Source of the DNA: a virus
Lineage: Duplodnaviria > Caudoviricetes
DNA length: 60,045 nucleotides
IMG/VR virus record: IMGVR_UViG_3300034196_000061
Location: 1-60,045 of that record
Strand: one strand, 5' to 3'
Shown here: positions 45,591 to 53,862 of the stretch, piece by piece
Layout of the letters: each line of letters begins with the position of its first letter
Numbering within the stretch: the first letter of the stretch is position 1
Position numbers and translations under genes: made by a program
Notes under the pieces: model-generated
Database searches by the model: none
What the model saw: only the letters and a program-made list of their open reading frames with translations
Told to the model about the DNA's origin: nothing

Positions 45591-46160
45591 CTACTTGTCT
45601 CGCACCTTTACGATTTCTTCCCCGGGCTCTTTTCCAGCGCCCGGCACAACTTCTCCCTTTCTCATGGCTTCGATGATCGCAGCTTTGGAAATTGTGGTGA
45701 CTGTTACGCGGTATTGAGCCGGTATCAGAGACTCATCAAGGATGACCATCCGAAGTCTCGGGGGCTCAATAGTTATGGAGCAATCGGCGAACGCTGCCTT
45801 TGACTGGCCGATCTCCCGGAGGCAGTCAGCCGCCGCGCGCTTCAGCATGTCGGCGCGCTTCAGATAGCGATCCCGACGCTGCAAGGTGCGCTCCGCGATC
45901 CCATCCGCCGCCGCGGCGGTCGCTTTTGCCGCAAGGTGCGCCCGCATGACTTTGCCAAGAACTTCCCAGGCGTCGCACGTATCAGGATCGCCAGAAAGAA
46001 GATCGGCCAAATAGGATTCATCGTTCGCTAAGCACTGGTCCTCTTCTAACAAAGCGGTTCTTGCTTCAAGAAGAACCATCTTTGCTCTATACAATCGGTT
46101 TGCTAACCGGCTCGCGTCGGCTTCAATCGTCAGAGACTTTGGGAGTGTTCTTTCAGACAT
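45591..46160 (-). CDS. Siphovirus Gp157-like protein
   Basis: Coiled coil then ILDESLIPAQY...SKAAI.EA...GEVVPGA. Confidence 0.75.
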   Translation of the reverse strand: MSERTLPKSLTIEADASRLANRLYRAKMVLLEARTALLEEDQCLANDESYLADLLSGDPDTCDAWEVLGKVMRAHLAAKATAAAADGIAERTLQRRDRYLKRADMLKRAAADCLREIGQSKAAFADCSITIEPPRLRMVILDESLIPAQYRVTVTTISKAAIIEAMRKGEVVPGAGKEPGEEIVKVRDK

Positions 46161-46175
46161 TTATGAAAACATCCA

Positions 46176-46193
46176 ATGATAATTGATTATCAT
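46176..46193. promoter_or_regulatory. Palindromic operator candidate
   Basis: ATGATAAT-TG-ATTATCAT in the AT-rich divergent intergenic region. Confidence 0.45.
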
Positions 46194-46351
46194 GTATTCT
46201 TCATGCTTGCTCGTAAATGTCGATTTATGTTGCAGCATTTCTTTTGCTCCATCGCTTGAGACAACAAGAACATGCAGATCACTTAAATTTCAACTCACTG
46301 TTTCTTGAGAATTGTGTTGTTTCAAAGCGGCCATGAAGGTATGGCGTGCTT

Positions 46352-46795
46352 ATGGCCAAGCCGTTTTCGCTTACGGCGCCTGTCCCGACCGAAGATGATT
46401 TGCACGTAAGCGTCAGAAGCGCTCTGTCGATCGCGATTGCGCCACCTGGAAAAACCTCCCGGTGCGGCGTGCTCTGGTATTCGGTGGAAGCCCGGAACGC
46501 GGGCGGGCGGATGATCCGGACGAAGAGCGGGGCCATGATCCCGCTTGAGGCGGTCAACAGAAAGCGTCGCGGGTGTGTCGCCGGGGTGCCCGACGTGCAT
46601 CTGATGTACGTCGGCAGGCTCTATCTGATCGAGCTCAAGCGCGAGCGGCGCGGCAGCACCAGCGCGGACCAAAAAGAGTTGCACAGCGAGTACGCTTGCG
46701 CAGGCATCCCCGTCCGAATCGCGCGGACCCTATCGGATGTCCTCTACTGCCTCGCCGAGTGGGAGATTCCCCTGACGCACCGTCTGGCGGTGTAG
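46352..46795 (+). CDS. VRR-NUC / PD-(D/E)XK nuclease (resolvase-like)
   Basis: GCVAGVPDV......LIELKR..G..SADQKE. Confidence 0.8.
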   Translation: MAKPFSLTAPVPTEDDLHVSVRSALSIAIAPPGKTSRCGVLWYSVEARNAGGRMIRTKSGAMIPLEAVNRKRRGCVAGVPDVHLMYVGRLYLIELKRERRGSTSADQKELHSEYACAGIPVRIARTLSDVLYCLAEWEIPLTHRLAV

Positions 46796-46872
46796 GGGCC
46801 GGATCGCGCCGGATCGCAGTCCGTCCCACCGGCTTAAAGTCCGTCCTGCCACATCGCGGCGCTGTGCTGGGC

Positions 46873-46901
46873 TTTACACATACGTCAAAATGACAGATAA
46901 T
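46873..46901 (+). promoter_or_regulatory. Sigma70-like promoter with palindromic operator in the spacer
   Basis: TTTACA-17 bp-GATAAT; GTCA-AAA-TGAC at 46884-46894. Confidence 0.65.
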
Positions 46902-46946
46902 TTCCATGTCGCGGCAATGGTGTCGCGGCAATCCGGAGGACGAGTG

Positions 46947-47018
46947 ATGCAATTTTGCATCGACTTCGCGATCCGGGTTGGGAAGTGGCGACTCAGGTTA
47001 CGACTGAGCCGCCGATAG
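46947..47018 (+). CDS. 23-aa basic/hydrophobic micropeptide MQFCIDFAIRVGKWRLRLRLSRR
   Basis: GGAGG at 46935, ATG 7 nt later, downstream of promoter and 5' hairpin. Confidence 0.6.
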   Translation: MQFCIDFAIRVGKWRLRLRLSRR

Positions 47019-47100
47019 CTTCCCTACCTGGGGGTGGGTCGCCGCAAGGCGGCCCACTTCCGAGTAGGAGATTCAGCGGACGGAAATCAAGGTGGGCACA

Positions 47101-47373
47101 ATGGAGAACCAGAACAACACCGGGTCATCCCGCGGCACGCCGGAAAGCGCCGCGTGGTTCCGGGCCGAGTTGGCGGAAATCGGCGAAACACAGTCCGGAT
47201 TGGCGCGGCTGATGAAACGGTGCGGCGACGATCGCGAGCAAGGCAACATCCTTCGCAGCATCCAACGCATGGCCGCAGGTGACGCTCGCATTTCCGGTGA
47301 AATGCGGGTGTTGCTACATTTCCTGCGGACAGGTCGCCGCAAGCGGATGGAACGGGAGCAGTCGGCCGCCTAA
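47101..47373 (+). CDS. Cro/XRE-like HTH regulator
   Basis: FRAELAEIGETQSGLARLM...SIQRMAAGDARISGEMRVLL. Confidence 0.75.
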   Translation: MENQNNTGSSRGTPESAAWFRAELAEIGETQSGLARLMKRCGDDREQGNILRSIQRMAAGDARISGEMRVLLHFLRTGRRKRMEREQSAA

Positions 47374-47681
47374 ACCAGCGCCACGCCGCGGTGGGCGGAT
47401 GATCTGCGGCGCGGGCTCGAGTCGGCCAGCCACGCGCGGTAATCCTGGCCATGCCCCGTCAGGCGGTACTCCCGGAGCGGCCGGCGCGGGGTGGACCCGC
47501 CGGCCTCGCGCATGTCAACAACCTGCCGGTGGTAGGTCCACAGGCTCAAGAAGCGCGCCGCCGGGCGGCCGAGTGCCGGGTGCCAGGACCCGTCGATAGG
47601 CAGCGCCAGGAGCGCCCACCGCTGCTTTCTCGACAGGCCGCGGCCGGCGTGCGACTCGGACGTGACGACAGGCTCCGTCAT
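47370..47681 (-). CDS. Hypothetical winged-helix-like protein
   Basis: LSRKQRWALL...YRLTGHG. Confidence 0.55.
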   Translation of the reverse strand: MTEPVVTSESHAGRGLSRKQRWALLALPIDGSWHPALGRPAARFLSLWTYHRQVVDMREAGGSTPRRPLREYRLTGHGQDYRAWLADSSPRRRSSAHRGVALV

Positions 47682-48250
47682 CCGGCCGCCGCCTCCGCCG
47701 CCAGCGCCGCCGCTACCTTGGCCCGCATGTCGGCTTCGCTGTTCATGTTTCCTCTGATCTCCAACCACTGGCCGCCTTCGTCCAAGCAAGGCGCGACCAA
47801 AAGGAAGCCATCCCGGGAGCCGTGCCGAATCAGCGCCGGGAAGCGGTATACCTCGGCGATCCTGGCCACGTAGGCGCGGAGCTCGGGGGCCGTGTGGGCG
47901 TCGGGACGCTTCGGGTCTATCCAGATTTGTAGGCAGTCAAGCGGCACGTCGTTGGCCAAGATCGTGTCAAGCATCGGGTCAACTATATATCCGGCGAAAT
48001 CGGGCCTTTTTAGATTATCGGCATGTTCATCGAACAACCAACGGCACGACCACGCTCTACAGGGAAGGGGCCTGGTTTTGTAAATAGAGCACCCGGTTGC
48101 CCGGACATGCTTGCACTTTTCTCCGGCGAGCTTCTTTCCATCAGCCAACTCGACCGGCACAATAGTACAGCAAGCCGTACACGATCCGCAGGACCTTCCG
48201 CGCCTCGGCTCTCCAAATATTGCAAACCCTGGACTTGAGTGTTCCGCCAC
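47678..48250 (-). CDS. YkgJ-like CxxCxxCC Zn/Fe-S cluster protein
   Basis: RSCGSCTACC...CKH...GCSIYKTRP..CR.WSC.WL. Confidence 0.8.
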   Translation of the reverse strand: MAEHSSPGFAIFGEPRRGRSCGSCTACCTIVPVELADGKKLAGEKCKHVRATGCSIYKTRPLPCRAWSCRWLFDEHADNLKRPDFAGYIVDPMLDTILANDVPLDCLQIWIDPKRPDAHTAPELRAYVARIAEVYRFPALIRHGSRDGFLLVAPCLDEGGQWLEIRGNMNSEADMRAKVAAALAAEAAAG

Positions 48251-48251
48251 A

Positions 48252-48434
48252 TCAGGCCGCCTTTGATCTGTCCCTAGATGGCGAACGCCGCTTTGCGGAA
48301 ACGTCAGCGCTGATCCATTCGGTGACGATATGCCTCAAAAACCACGACAGAGTCCTGTCGTCAGCTTGGCATAGCTTTTCCAAATATTCTTTGTCTTCCT
48401 CGTGGATTTTTAGGCATACGGTTGTTAGTGACAC
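48252..48434 (-). CDS. Ribbon-helix-helix (CopG/Arc-like) repressor
   Basis: TTVCLKIHEEDKEYLEKLCQADDRTLSWFLRHIVTEWI. Confidence 0.8.
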   Translation of the reverse strand: MSLTTVCLKIHEEDKEYLEKLCQADDRTLSWFLRHIVTEWISADVSAKRRSPSRDRSKAA

Positions 48435-48462
48435 GGCAAAATCCCCGCTATGGTAGAATCCG

Positions 48463-48491
48463 AATATACACGGTATACCTTATGCCGGCAA
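48463..48491 (-). promoter_or_regulatory. Sigma70-like promoter with GTATAC-N3-GTATAT operator
   Basis: Minus strand TTGCCG-17 bp-TATATT directly before the RHH gene. Confidence 0.75.
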
Positions 48492-48498
48492 GCGACCA

Positions 48499-48804
48499 TC
48501 AGTTGTAGCCCCGAAGCGCGAGCTCGCGCCGGCCAGCCTCAGTCAAAAACCAGACCGACAGCGCCGGCTCCCACATAACAAGCATCTCGTCTTCAAGTTT
48601 AGTAATCACGTTTGACCGGATGCCACGCTCCCGAAGCCACCCCGGGGAGCAACCAGCCGCTCCGCCCTGGCCGAGCGCAACCAAGGCGCGGAGCGGGCCG
48701 CCCGCCAGCGCCGCCGCGATCCCGGGCACCTTCGGCCGGGCTCGGCTCCCGTTGAATTGGCGCCGAGTTGGCGCCGCAGCATTACCGCCGTCTGGCATTA
48801 TCAA
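48499..48804 (-). CDS. Hypothetical winged-helix-like protein
   Basis: ITKLEDEMLV...WFLTEAGRREL. Confidence 0.55.
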   Translation of the reverse strand: MIMPDGGNAAAPTRRQFNGSRARPKVPGIAAALAGGPLRALVALGQGGAAGCSPGWLRERGIRSNVITKLEDEMLVMWEPALSVWFLTEAGRRELALRGYN

Positions 48805-49325
48805 CCCCCCGCCCGAACCTCGATGTAGCTATATAAGTAGTGCGCCCCACCACGACGGCGGTTTGCATTTATAAAACCATCAGCCCTTAGCCTTGTAAGA
48901 CCGTTGCTAAGGTCTTTTCTTTGTTTGTCGGTTACAATACCAGTGAATACGGCTCTGGCAATAGCTCTGGATGTCATGGCTCCGTTATTCTGTAGTTGCT
49001 CAATAATTAGCTCTCGCAACTCAAGCGCCCCGGTACGTTTCGGCGGTCGCAGCGGCTTGCGCTCCGGCGCGGGCAGGGGCAGGGGGTTGGTGCGGACGGC
49101 GTGGGCAGTGCCAGGGGCCGGGCCGGGCAGGCGGAGCGGGCGGGCGGGGGAGGCTGGCGCCGGGCTTTCCGGGCCGCCGCCGGTGGGGAGGATGTGGACA
49201 CGGCCGGTCGCAGGGTCATGGACGATTTCGCACGCGCCCTCAGTCTCGTAGAGGGTGCCATTTATCATCACCCGGATCATGGGCTCTGGCGGCGCCGCGG
49301 CTTCGCATTGCCTACAAGCATCCAA
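48801..49325 (-). CDS. Protein with C-terminal winged HTH
   Basis: IIEQLQNNGAMTSRAIAR...LSNGLTRLRADGFI; start uncertain. Confidence 0.6.
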   Translation of the reverse strand: MDACRQCEAAAPPEPMIRVMINGTLYETEGACEIVHDPATGRVHILPTGGGPESPAPASPARPLRLPGPAPGTAHAVRTNPLPLPAPERKPLRPPKRTGALELRELIIEQLQNNGAMTSRAIARAVFTGIVTDKQRKDLSNGLTRLRADGFINANRRRGGAHYLYSYIEVRAGG

Positions 49326-49684
49326 ATTGCAGAATAGCTGAGATACTGAAAGGTCATTGTCTTTTGAAAATAGTGTCCATCAAGCTTCAACACCACATCG
49401 TCGTTGAGTCTATGGACCTCAGAAACAATCTTTGTGGACCAAAGGGGCTTATTCCGACCTAATTCGTCCTTTAGCTGTTGCCGAGTTTCTATTCTCACGA
49501 CATGCCAAAGCGTTTTCCCGAGCCTTCCGCGGTGCTCTAGCTTGCTGCCGACGACGATTTGCCCCTTATGAAAAAATACCGGATCATCTTCAGGCTCTGG
49601 CTTGATCTCCGGGTAGACCACAAAAGGCAGCTTCCCCCGGAGCTTCGCCGGGGGGTCCTCTTGCTTTTTGGCCAAAGCTGTCAT
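49277..49684 (-). CDS. Hypothetical protein
   Basis: 135 aa, coupled to neighbours. Confidence 0.6.
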   Translation of the reverse strand: MTALAKKQEDPPAKLRGKLPFVVYPEIKPEPEDDPVFFHKGQIVVGSKLEHRGRLGKTLWHVVRIETRQQLKDELGRNKPLWSTKIVSEVHRLNDDVVLKLDGHYFQKTMTFQYLSYSAIWMLVGNAKPRRRQSP

Positions 49685-50022
49685 CGCTCAATCGCTTTCA
49701 TAGCAGCGGCAAGCCTCTCTGCAAAACCGTCATCGTCGCATTTGATCCCGAGCGATACAGGATCAATCTCTCTTCCGTTGGCCTTGTCAATCTCTTGGAG
49801 TGCTTTGGAAATTGCTTCCCGTTCCTCTTTCACGATGGCTTGAAGTCTCAAAAACTCGGCCAAAATAGCATGGCACTCCCTGAGTCTGGTTTGCATATCT
49901 ACGATCGGGTTTGTTGTATATTTGAAGCTTTCTTTGCGGTATGCTTTAATCTTTATCATTTCCTGTTTCCTCGCTTCATGTCGTTTATCTATCTCCCCAA
50001 ATGTTCTTGTTGCACCACTCAA
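49681..50022 (-). CDS. Hypothetical protein
   Basis: 113 aa coiled-coil-like, coupled. Confidence 0.55.
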   Translation of the reverse strand: MSGATRTFGEIDKRHEARKQEMIKIKAYRKESFKYTTNPIVDMQTRLRECHAILAEFLRLQAIVKEEREAISKALQEIDKANGREIDPVSLGIKCDDDGFAERLAAAMKAIER

Positions 50023-50251
50023 TAAACTTAGCCGCCTGAGTATCTTTGTTTACCTTCTCTGTCTCATTGCACAGATTGAATACCTCAACAGCGGTTGGCA
50101 TCTCGCGTTCGTCTGTGCCAGTGCTCCGCTTGTATTGAGATTTCAACTTCGGTTGCTGCGATCCCCACAACATGCAGGATTGCCACGCCTCGGTTGCGAT
50201 GTCAGGGGTGCTCTCGGGCATTAGGGTTGGGCGTTTACGACCGGTCGTCAT
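49985..50251 (-). CDS. Hypothetical protein
   Basis: 88 aa, overlapping neighbours in operon. Confidence 0.5.
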   Translation of the reverse strand: MTTGRKRPTLMPESTPDIATEAWQSCMLWGSQQPKLKSQYKRSTGTDEREMPTAVEVFNLCNETEKVNKDTQAAKFIEWCNKNIWGDR

Positions 50252-50447
50252 AGCGAATCGACGCGATGAAGGTCATAATGCAGACGCCAATCGCCAAGCC
50301 CGGGGAAAAGTAAATTGCAAGCGCGGCGACATAACCGGGAACAAGCCAATAGTTCCCGCCGGATATGAAAACAATCACCGTCAACGCCGCCGCTAAAATT
50401 GCAATCGCTAATATCAAAAGCGCAAAACCGAACAGAAGAATCTTCAT
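50235..50447 (-). CDS. Small membrane protein
   Basis: AGGAG RBS; almost entirely hydrophobic 70 aa. Confidence 0.6.
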   Translation of the reverse strand: MKILLFGFALLILAIAILAAALTVIVFISGGNYWLVPGYVAALAIYFSPGLAIGVCIMTFIASIRYDDRS

Positions 50448-50458
50448 CTTAGTGTCTC

Positions 50459-50668
50459 CTATAACCCTAGAACTTCCCGGCGTATGCTTGACAGGGCCAT
50501 GGATGCAACGTCGCTTTCAAGTCTCAGCCTTTCGTAATTTACTTCTTGTTCAATCCTATTTTTCGTCACACCTTGCACGTTCCTCATTCCTGCGTTTTCC
50601 AAAGCCATCCGGGCTTCGGCCGCCGCTTCGGCGAATGGTCTAATTTTATCCCATTGGTCGTCTGTCAT
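50459..50668 (-). CDS. Hypothetical protein
   Basis: GGGAG RBS before MTDDQWDK. Confidence 0.55.
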   Translation of the reverse strand: MTDDQWDKIRPFAEAAAEARMALENAGMRNVQGVTKNRIEQEVNYERLRLESDVASMALSSIRREVLGL

Positions 50669-50753
50669 GTAAACTCCCTGGTTATTTGGGCTTACTAGTT
50701 TATGATATACCTTGTATTCTATGGAAACGCACCACGCAATCCGTGATTGAAAA

Positions 50754-51002
50754 TTAGTTTTGATTGGATGGAATGGATTCAATAACTTCCATGCTGGAAA
50801 ACTTGACAAGCTTGATTGGATGCCCGGTCTGCCGGTGAATTTCGATCACGGTTGATCTCAGGCTCTCAACGCGGTTCGCGTCTGCCCCGATAAGCGGCAT
50901 GTAAATTAGCTGTCCTTCCATGACCATTTGCGCCGCACATATTCCCTCCCCTCCGTCCGGCTCTGTGGAAACCCAGGCGAACATCTCGGTAATCTTTGGC
51001 AT
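50754..51002 (-). CDS. Hypothetical protein
   Basis: KITEMFAWV..EPDGGEG...MPLIGAD..R.ESLR...IKLVKFS. Confidence 0.65.
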   Translation of the reverse strand: MPKITEMFAWVSTEPDGGEGICAAQMVMEGQLIYMPLIGADANRVESLRSTVIEIHRQTGHPIKLVKFSSMEVIESIPSNQN

Positions 51003-51007
51003 GTCGG

Positions 51008-51229
51008 TTATTTTTCCTCTTGCTTGGCGAGCTTGGCGAGACAGCGCGGGCAGGTTACGGCGTTGCCAGGATAGGTCGCCCACCCGTTGCCGCGGTCGCC
51101 CGGGGCCGCGCCGCAGACGGCGCGCGTCCACCCGTGGCCGAGCGCCACCGCATGGAAGCGCTGTCCCTTGTCGCGCTCTGCGCCACTGGCGCACCGTCCC
51201 GACATTTTGAGGGGGAGATAGTCAGTCAT
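51008..51229 (-). CDS. Small Zn-finger-like protein
   Basis: FHAV...AVCG...VTCPRC. Confidence 0.6.
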   Translation of the reverse strand: MTDYLPLKMSGRCASGAERDKGQRFHAVALGHGWTRAVCGAAPGDRGNGWATYPGNAVTCPRCLAKLAKQEEK

Positions 51230-51435
51230 CTTCTGTCGTCTGTGACCGTCAACATCGCGCCAGCCTTGGCGAACGGCTCGCGGCGGATTGCCGTCTTGGC
51301 GGCCGGTGACAGGGCTTCTTGCTGGTCCTCTTCAAGCGCTATGGACTGGCCTTGATCGACCATGAATTTCAATGCCTCGAATTCGCTGTTTGACAGCGTG
51401 ATCCGATATCCGCCCTTCAACCGCGTGACCTTCAT
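51226..51435 (-). CDS. Hypothetical protein
   Basis: MKVTRLKGGYRITLSNSEFEAL; coupled. Confidence 0.65.
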   Translation of the reverse strand: MKVTRLKGGYRITLSNSEFEALKFMVDQGQSIALEEDQQEALSPAAKTAIRREPFAKAGAMLTVTDDRR

Positions 51436-51447
51436 ATGAGTCGCCCC

Positions 51448-51657
51448 TTACTGAGTCGATCTTGACAAAATGTCGCTGACAACAACCTGCATAACAGAAA
51501 ATCTTGTCATGTCATCCTCACTGGCCAAACGCCGGGCTTCCTGAGTCGCGGCATCTTTGGATTGGTGGACGGAAAGCACCCGCACGATACCGCCGGATTT
51601 CGCGACCTTGAAAACGGCCCACGACTGTTGCCAGCTTTCCGATGTTGCTTCGCTCAT
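51448..51657 (-). CDS. Hypothetical protein
   Basis: HQSKDAATQEARRLA motif; AGGACGCGGCTCA leader. Confidence 0.6.
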   Translation of the reverse strand: MSEATSESWQQSWAVFKVAKSGGIVRVLSVHQSKDAATQEARRLASEDDMTRFSVMQVVVSDILSRSTQ

Positions 51658-51681
51658 TGAGCCGCGTCCTGCAAACGGGGG

Positions 51682-51861
51682 CTATCGGGAACGCTTGGGC
51701 AGGCCGTCGCGGAACGCGCGCTCAATCTCTATCGTCGCGCGGCCGTGCTCTATGAACTCCGCCCACTCGTCCGCCGCGTTCTGCTGCTCTGGCGACAGGT
51801 CCGGAAGCGGCGCGGCTCCGGTTGCGCTAGTGCCGTCGCTGTAGTGCTTAGTCTCGATCAT
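51682..51861 (-). CDS. Hypothetical protein
   Basis: ETKHYSDGTSATG.APLPDLSPEQQ; ATGA overlap. Confidence 0.55.
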   Translation of the reverse strand: MIETKHYSDGTSATGAAPLPDLSPEQQNAADEWAEFIEHGRATIEIERAFRDGLPKRSR

Positions 51862-52043
51862 GCTGCCGTCCTCATGTTCCATGCTGCGTCCGCGTCGTTC
51901 GCGTCGGATTTGTAGGCAGTCCGCGCTCCGCAGGACGGACATTCGACCCACGCCCATTGCTCGGCATCCCAATGCCGACCAGGGGCGGCACCGCAGTGTG
52001 GGCAGGCGGCCAGCGCGGTAGCGATCTTTGGCTTGCGGGGCAT
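51858..52043 (-). CDS. Lar-family (restriction alleviation) zinc-finger protein
   Basis: LAACPHCG...WVECPSCGART...A.AAWNMR; GGAGG RBS. Confidence 0.7.
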   Translation of the reverse strand: MPRKPKIATALAACPHCGAAPGRHWDAEQWAWVECPSCGARTAYKSDANDADAAWNMRTAA

Positions 52044-52059
52044 CTGTCATCCTCCGGGG

Positions 52060-52275
52060 TTATGCGGACTGGTCGCCAAGCGCGGCGCGCCCGGACGGCG
52101 TTATCTCGTAATGCGGCTCCCGAGCGTAGGGCCGGAACCTCGCCAGCCCCGCCCAGCAAACGGCGTCTAGGGTGGCCTTCCGGTAGCCGTAGACATGGCA
52201 AGCAGTCTCGGGGACCGGACCGTCCGCCAGGATCGCAAGCACGCGGCGGCGGGCAGGGGTGAGCTTGGCATCCAT
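52060..52275 (-). CDS. Hypothetical winged-helix-like protein
   Basis: KLTPARRRVLAILADG...YEITPSGRAAL. Confidence 0.6.
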   Translation of the reverse strand: MDAKLTPARRRVLAILADGPVPETACHVYGYRKATLDAVCWAGLARFRPYAREPHYEITPSGRAALGDQSA

Positions 52276-52276
52276 C

Positions 52277-52549
52277 TCAGCGCCGTCCGCGCTTCTCTTT
52301 CTGTGCCTCGTCACGGCTGCCATCCTCGTTGGCAAACAAGAGGTGGTTTGTCCGCTTTGCGTGTGCGAGTGCTTCCTTTGCAAAGACCGCACACCGCTCA
52401 CGGGCAGACTCGAAAATCTCTACGTGTTCCGGGTTGCTGTGATCGAACTTTCGTCCCATGACCTCAAGCATATCTATTGCGAGCGAAAGTTTCGCTTCTG
52501 CGCTTCCTGCGTTTTCACAGACTTCCTCGATAATCTGTCGGATGTGCAT
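52277..52549 (-). CDS. Hypothetical protein
   Basis: AGGAG RBS, 90 aa. Confidence 0.6.
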   Translation of the reverse strand: MHIRQIIEEVCENAGSAEAKLSLAIDMLEVMGRKFDHSNPEHVEIFESARERCAVFAKEALAHAKRTNHLLFANEDGSRDEAQKEKRGRR

Positions 52550-52567
52550 CCCTAGTCTCCTATTTCT

Positions 52568-52822
52568 TTAAGGCGTTGCCGAAGCGCGCAGCATGGCAAT
52601 GCCAGCGGCAATAGCCTCTGCCTCGGCACGCTCGATCGTCGCCAGCAACTCAGACCGGGCCGCCTCATATGCAGCGCCGGCCGCTTCGATTCTGCTTTGT
52701 TGACCAGAACGAATCGCTTCGAAGCGATCATCGGACGCCTTCACAAACAACTTCATCGTGTGAGCGGTGAGGCTCGGGATCATGTCATCCTCCGGGGTTC
52801 TTGGGACTCGTCGTCGGGCCAC
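52568..52822 (-). CDS. Hypothetical protein
   Basis: ORF in operon; start uncertain. Confidence 0.5.
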   Translation of the reverse strand: MARRRVPRTPEDDMIPSLTAHTMKLFVKASDDRFEAIRSGQQSRIEAAGAAYEAARSELLATIERAEAEAIAAGIAMLRASATP

Positions 52823-53034
52823 ATGGCGGCACGTACACCGGCCACCTGTTCCCGCAATGTCTCGACTAACTGGTCCGGCACGCCGGCCAGTGCGTCAGGG
52901 AAGGTCAACAGCATTTCAAGGCTACTGACCAACAATCCAACCGCGGTGTTTTGCGCTTCTAGGCTGGCCGCCATCGCGAGCGGATGGAGTGTGCGAACAG
53001 GTGCGGGTTTGCGCGCCATGGCTCCGCCTTTCAA
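52780..53034 (-). CDS. Hypothetical protein
   Basis: ORF in operon; probable start MARKPAP after GGCGGAG. Confidence 0.5.
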   Translation of the reverse strand: MKGGAMARKPAPVRTLHPLAMAASLEAQNTAVGLLVSSLEMLLTFPDALAGVPDQLVETLREQVAGVRAAMWPDDESQEPRRMT

Positions 53035-53042
53035 GATCGGGG

Positions 53043-53267
53043 TTAGTGCACGCGCTCGCGCAGCATCCGGCGCGCGAGCTCGCGCTGCTCCGGGTCTGCG
53101 GTTCCGGCGCGGTCGTTGATGCCGTTCCGCCTGCCATGCGCGTACGCAATGCTGCCGTCATCGCGCGGCGGTCGGCCGGCTATGCCGTCCTGATATCCGG
53201 CAACCATGTCGTCGGCCTCGGCCGGCGACGGGTGCAGCGGATCGAACGGCGGGGCGTTGCTGGTCAC
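53043..53267 (-). CDS. Hypothetical protein
   Basis: MVAGYQDG...AYAHGRRNG..DR; AGGACGCGACTCA leader. Confidence 0.6.
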   Translation of the reverse strand: MTSNAPPFDPLHPSPAEADDMVAGYQDGIAGRPPRDDGSIAYAHGRRNGINDRAGTADPEQRELARRMLRERVH

Positions 53268-53297
53268 TGAGTCGCGTCCTTTCTGGTCAGAAGATGA

Positions 53298-53603
53298 CTA
53301 AATGCGTTTCCATTCGCTTTGATAAACCGTGCAAGCCAATCGGTTGTCCTCTCCTGCACGGGCGCGAGTCGCCTCTTCCAGCGTGTATCCTGCGGAAACG
53401 TGTTCCCAGCGCGGAGGATTCGGATATCTCGCCCGAACGGTTTGACGCTCGCCGCTGGTGTCGGTCAGGGTCAACACAAAGTCGGTTCCGTCAATCTTGT
53501 AACTGACGGTCACGCTGGCGCCGCGGGTCACGTAGAATCCAACTATATCGTCTATCAGCGTGTCGATGTTCTTCCCGTGGAAGGTGTGGCAAGTGTCGCT
53601 CAT
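53298..53603 (-). CDS. Hypothetical protein
   Basis: First gene after promoter; AGGACGCGACTCA leader. Confidence 0.6.
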   Translation of the reverse strand: MSDTCHTFHGKNIDTLIDDIVGFYVTRGASVTVSYKIDGTDFVLTLTDTSGERQTVRARYPNPPRWEHVSAGYTLEEATRARAGEDNRLACTVYQSEWKRI

Positions 53604-53622
53604 TGAGTCGCGTCCTGTTGTT

Positions 53623-53862
53623 TCAGTTATCGTATACACAGTATACACCTATGGCAAGCTGCCGGCAGGTGATTGGTTTGCAAATCGGGGTGCCGGACGG
53701 GGTTTGCGTCCACTCGCACGCGGGCCAAAGGGGGTGCGACATGCCGGCCAGGATCGTGGCGCAGTGGCCCTTGCACCGGGGGTCCGGCGGCGGCGGCGCG
53801 GCGCCGGCCGAGCCCGCCAGGGCCGCCAGAGTCGCGGCCAGGGCGAGAGTCGACCGGATCAT
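53623..53862 (-). CDS. Small exported Cys-rich protein
   Basis: Signal peptide MIRSTLALAATLAALAGSAGA then six Cys. Confidence 0.55.
   Translation of the reverse strand: MIRSTLALAATLAALAGSAGAAPPPPDPRCKGHCATILAGMSHPLWPACEWTQTPSGTPICKPITCRQLAIGVYCVYDN
53629..53657 (-). promoter_or_regulatory. Sigma70-like promoter with GTATAC-N3-GTATAC operator
   Basis: Minus strand TTGCCA-17 bp-TACGAT; GTATAC at 53632 and 53641. Confidence 0.75.

Noticed and set aside
42714-46795. Methyltransferase plus nuclease as a restriction-modification system
   Set aside because: Genes are not adjacent and are divergent; the nuclease is a small VRR-NUC type typical of phage recombination.
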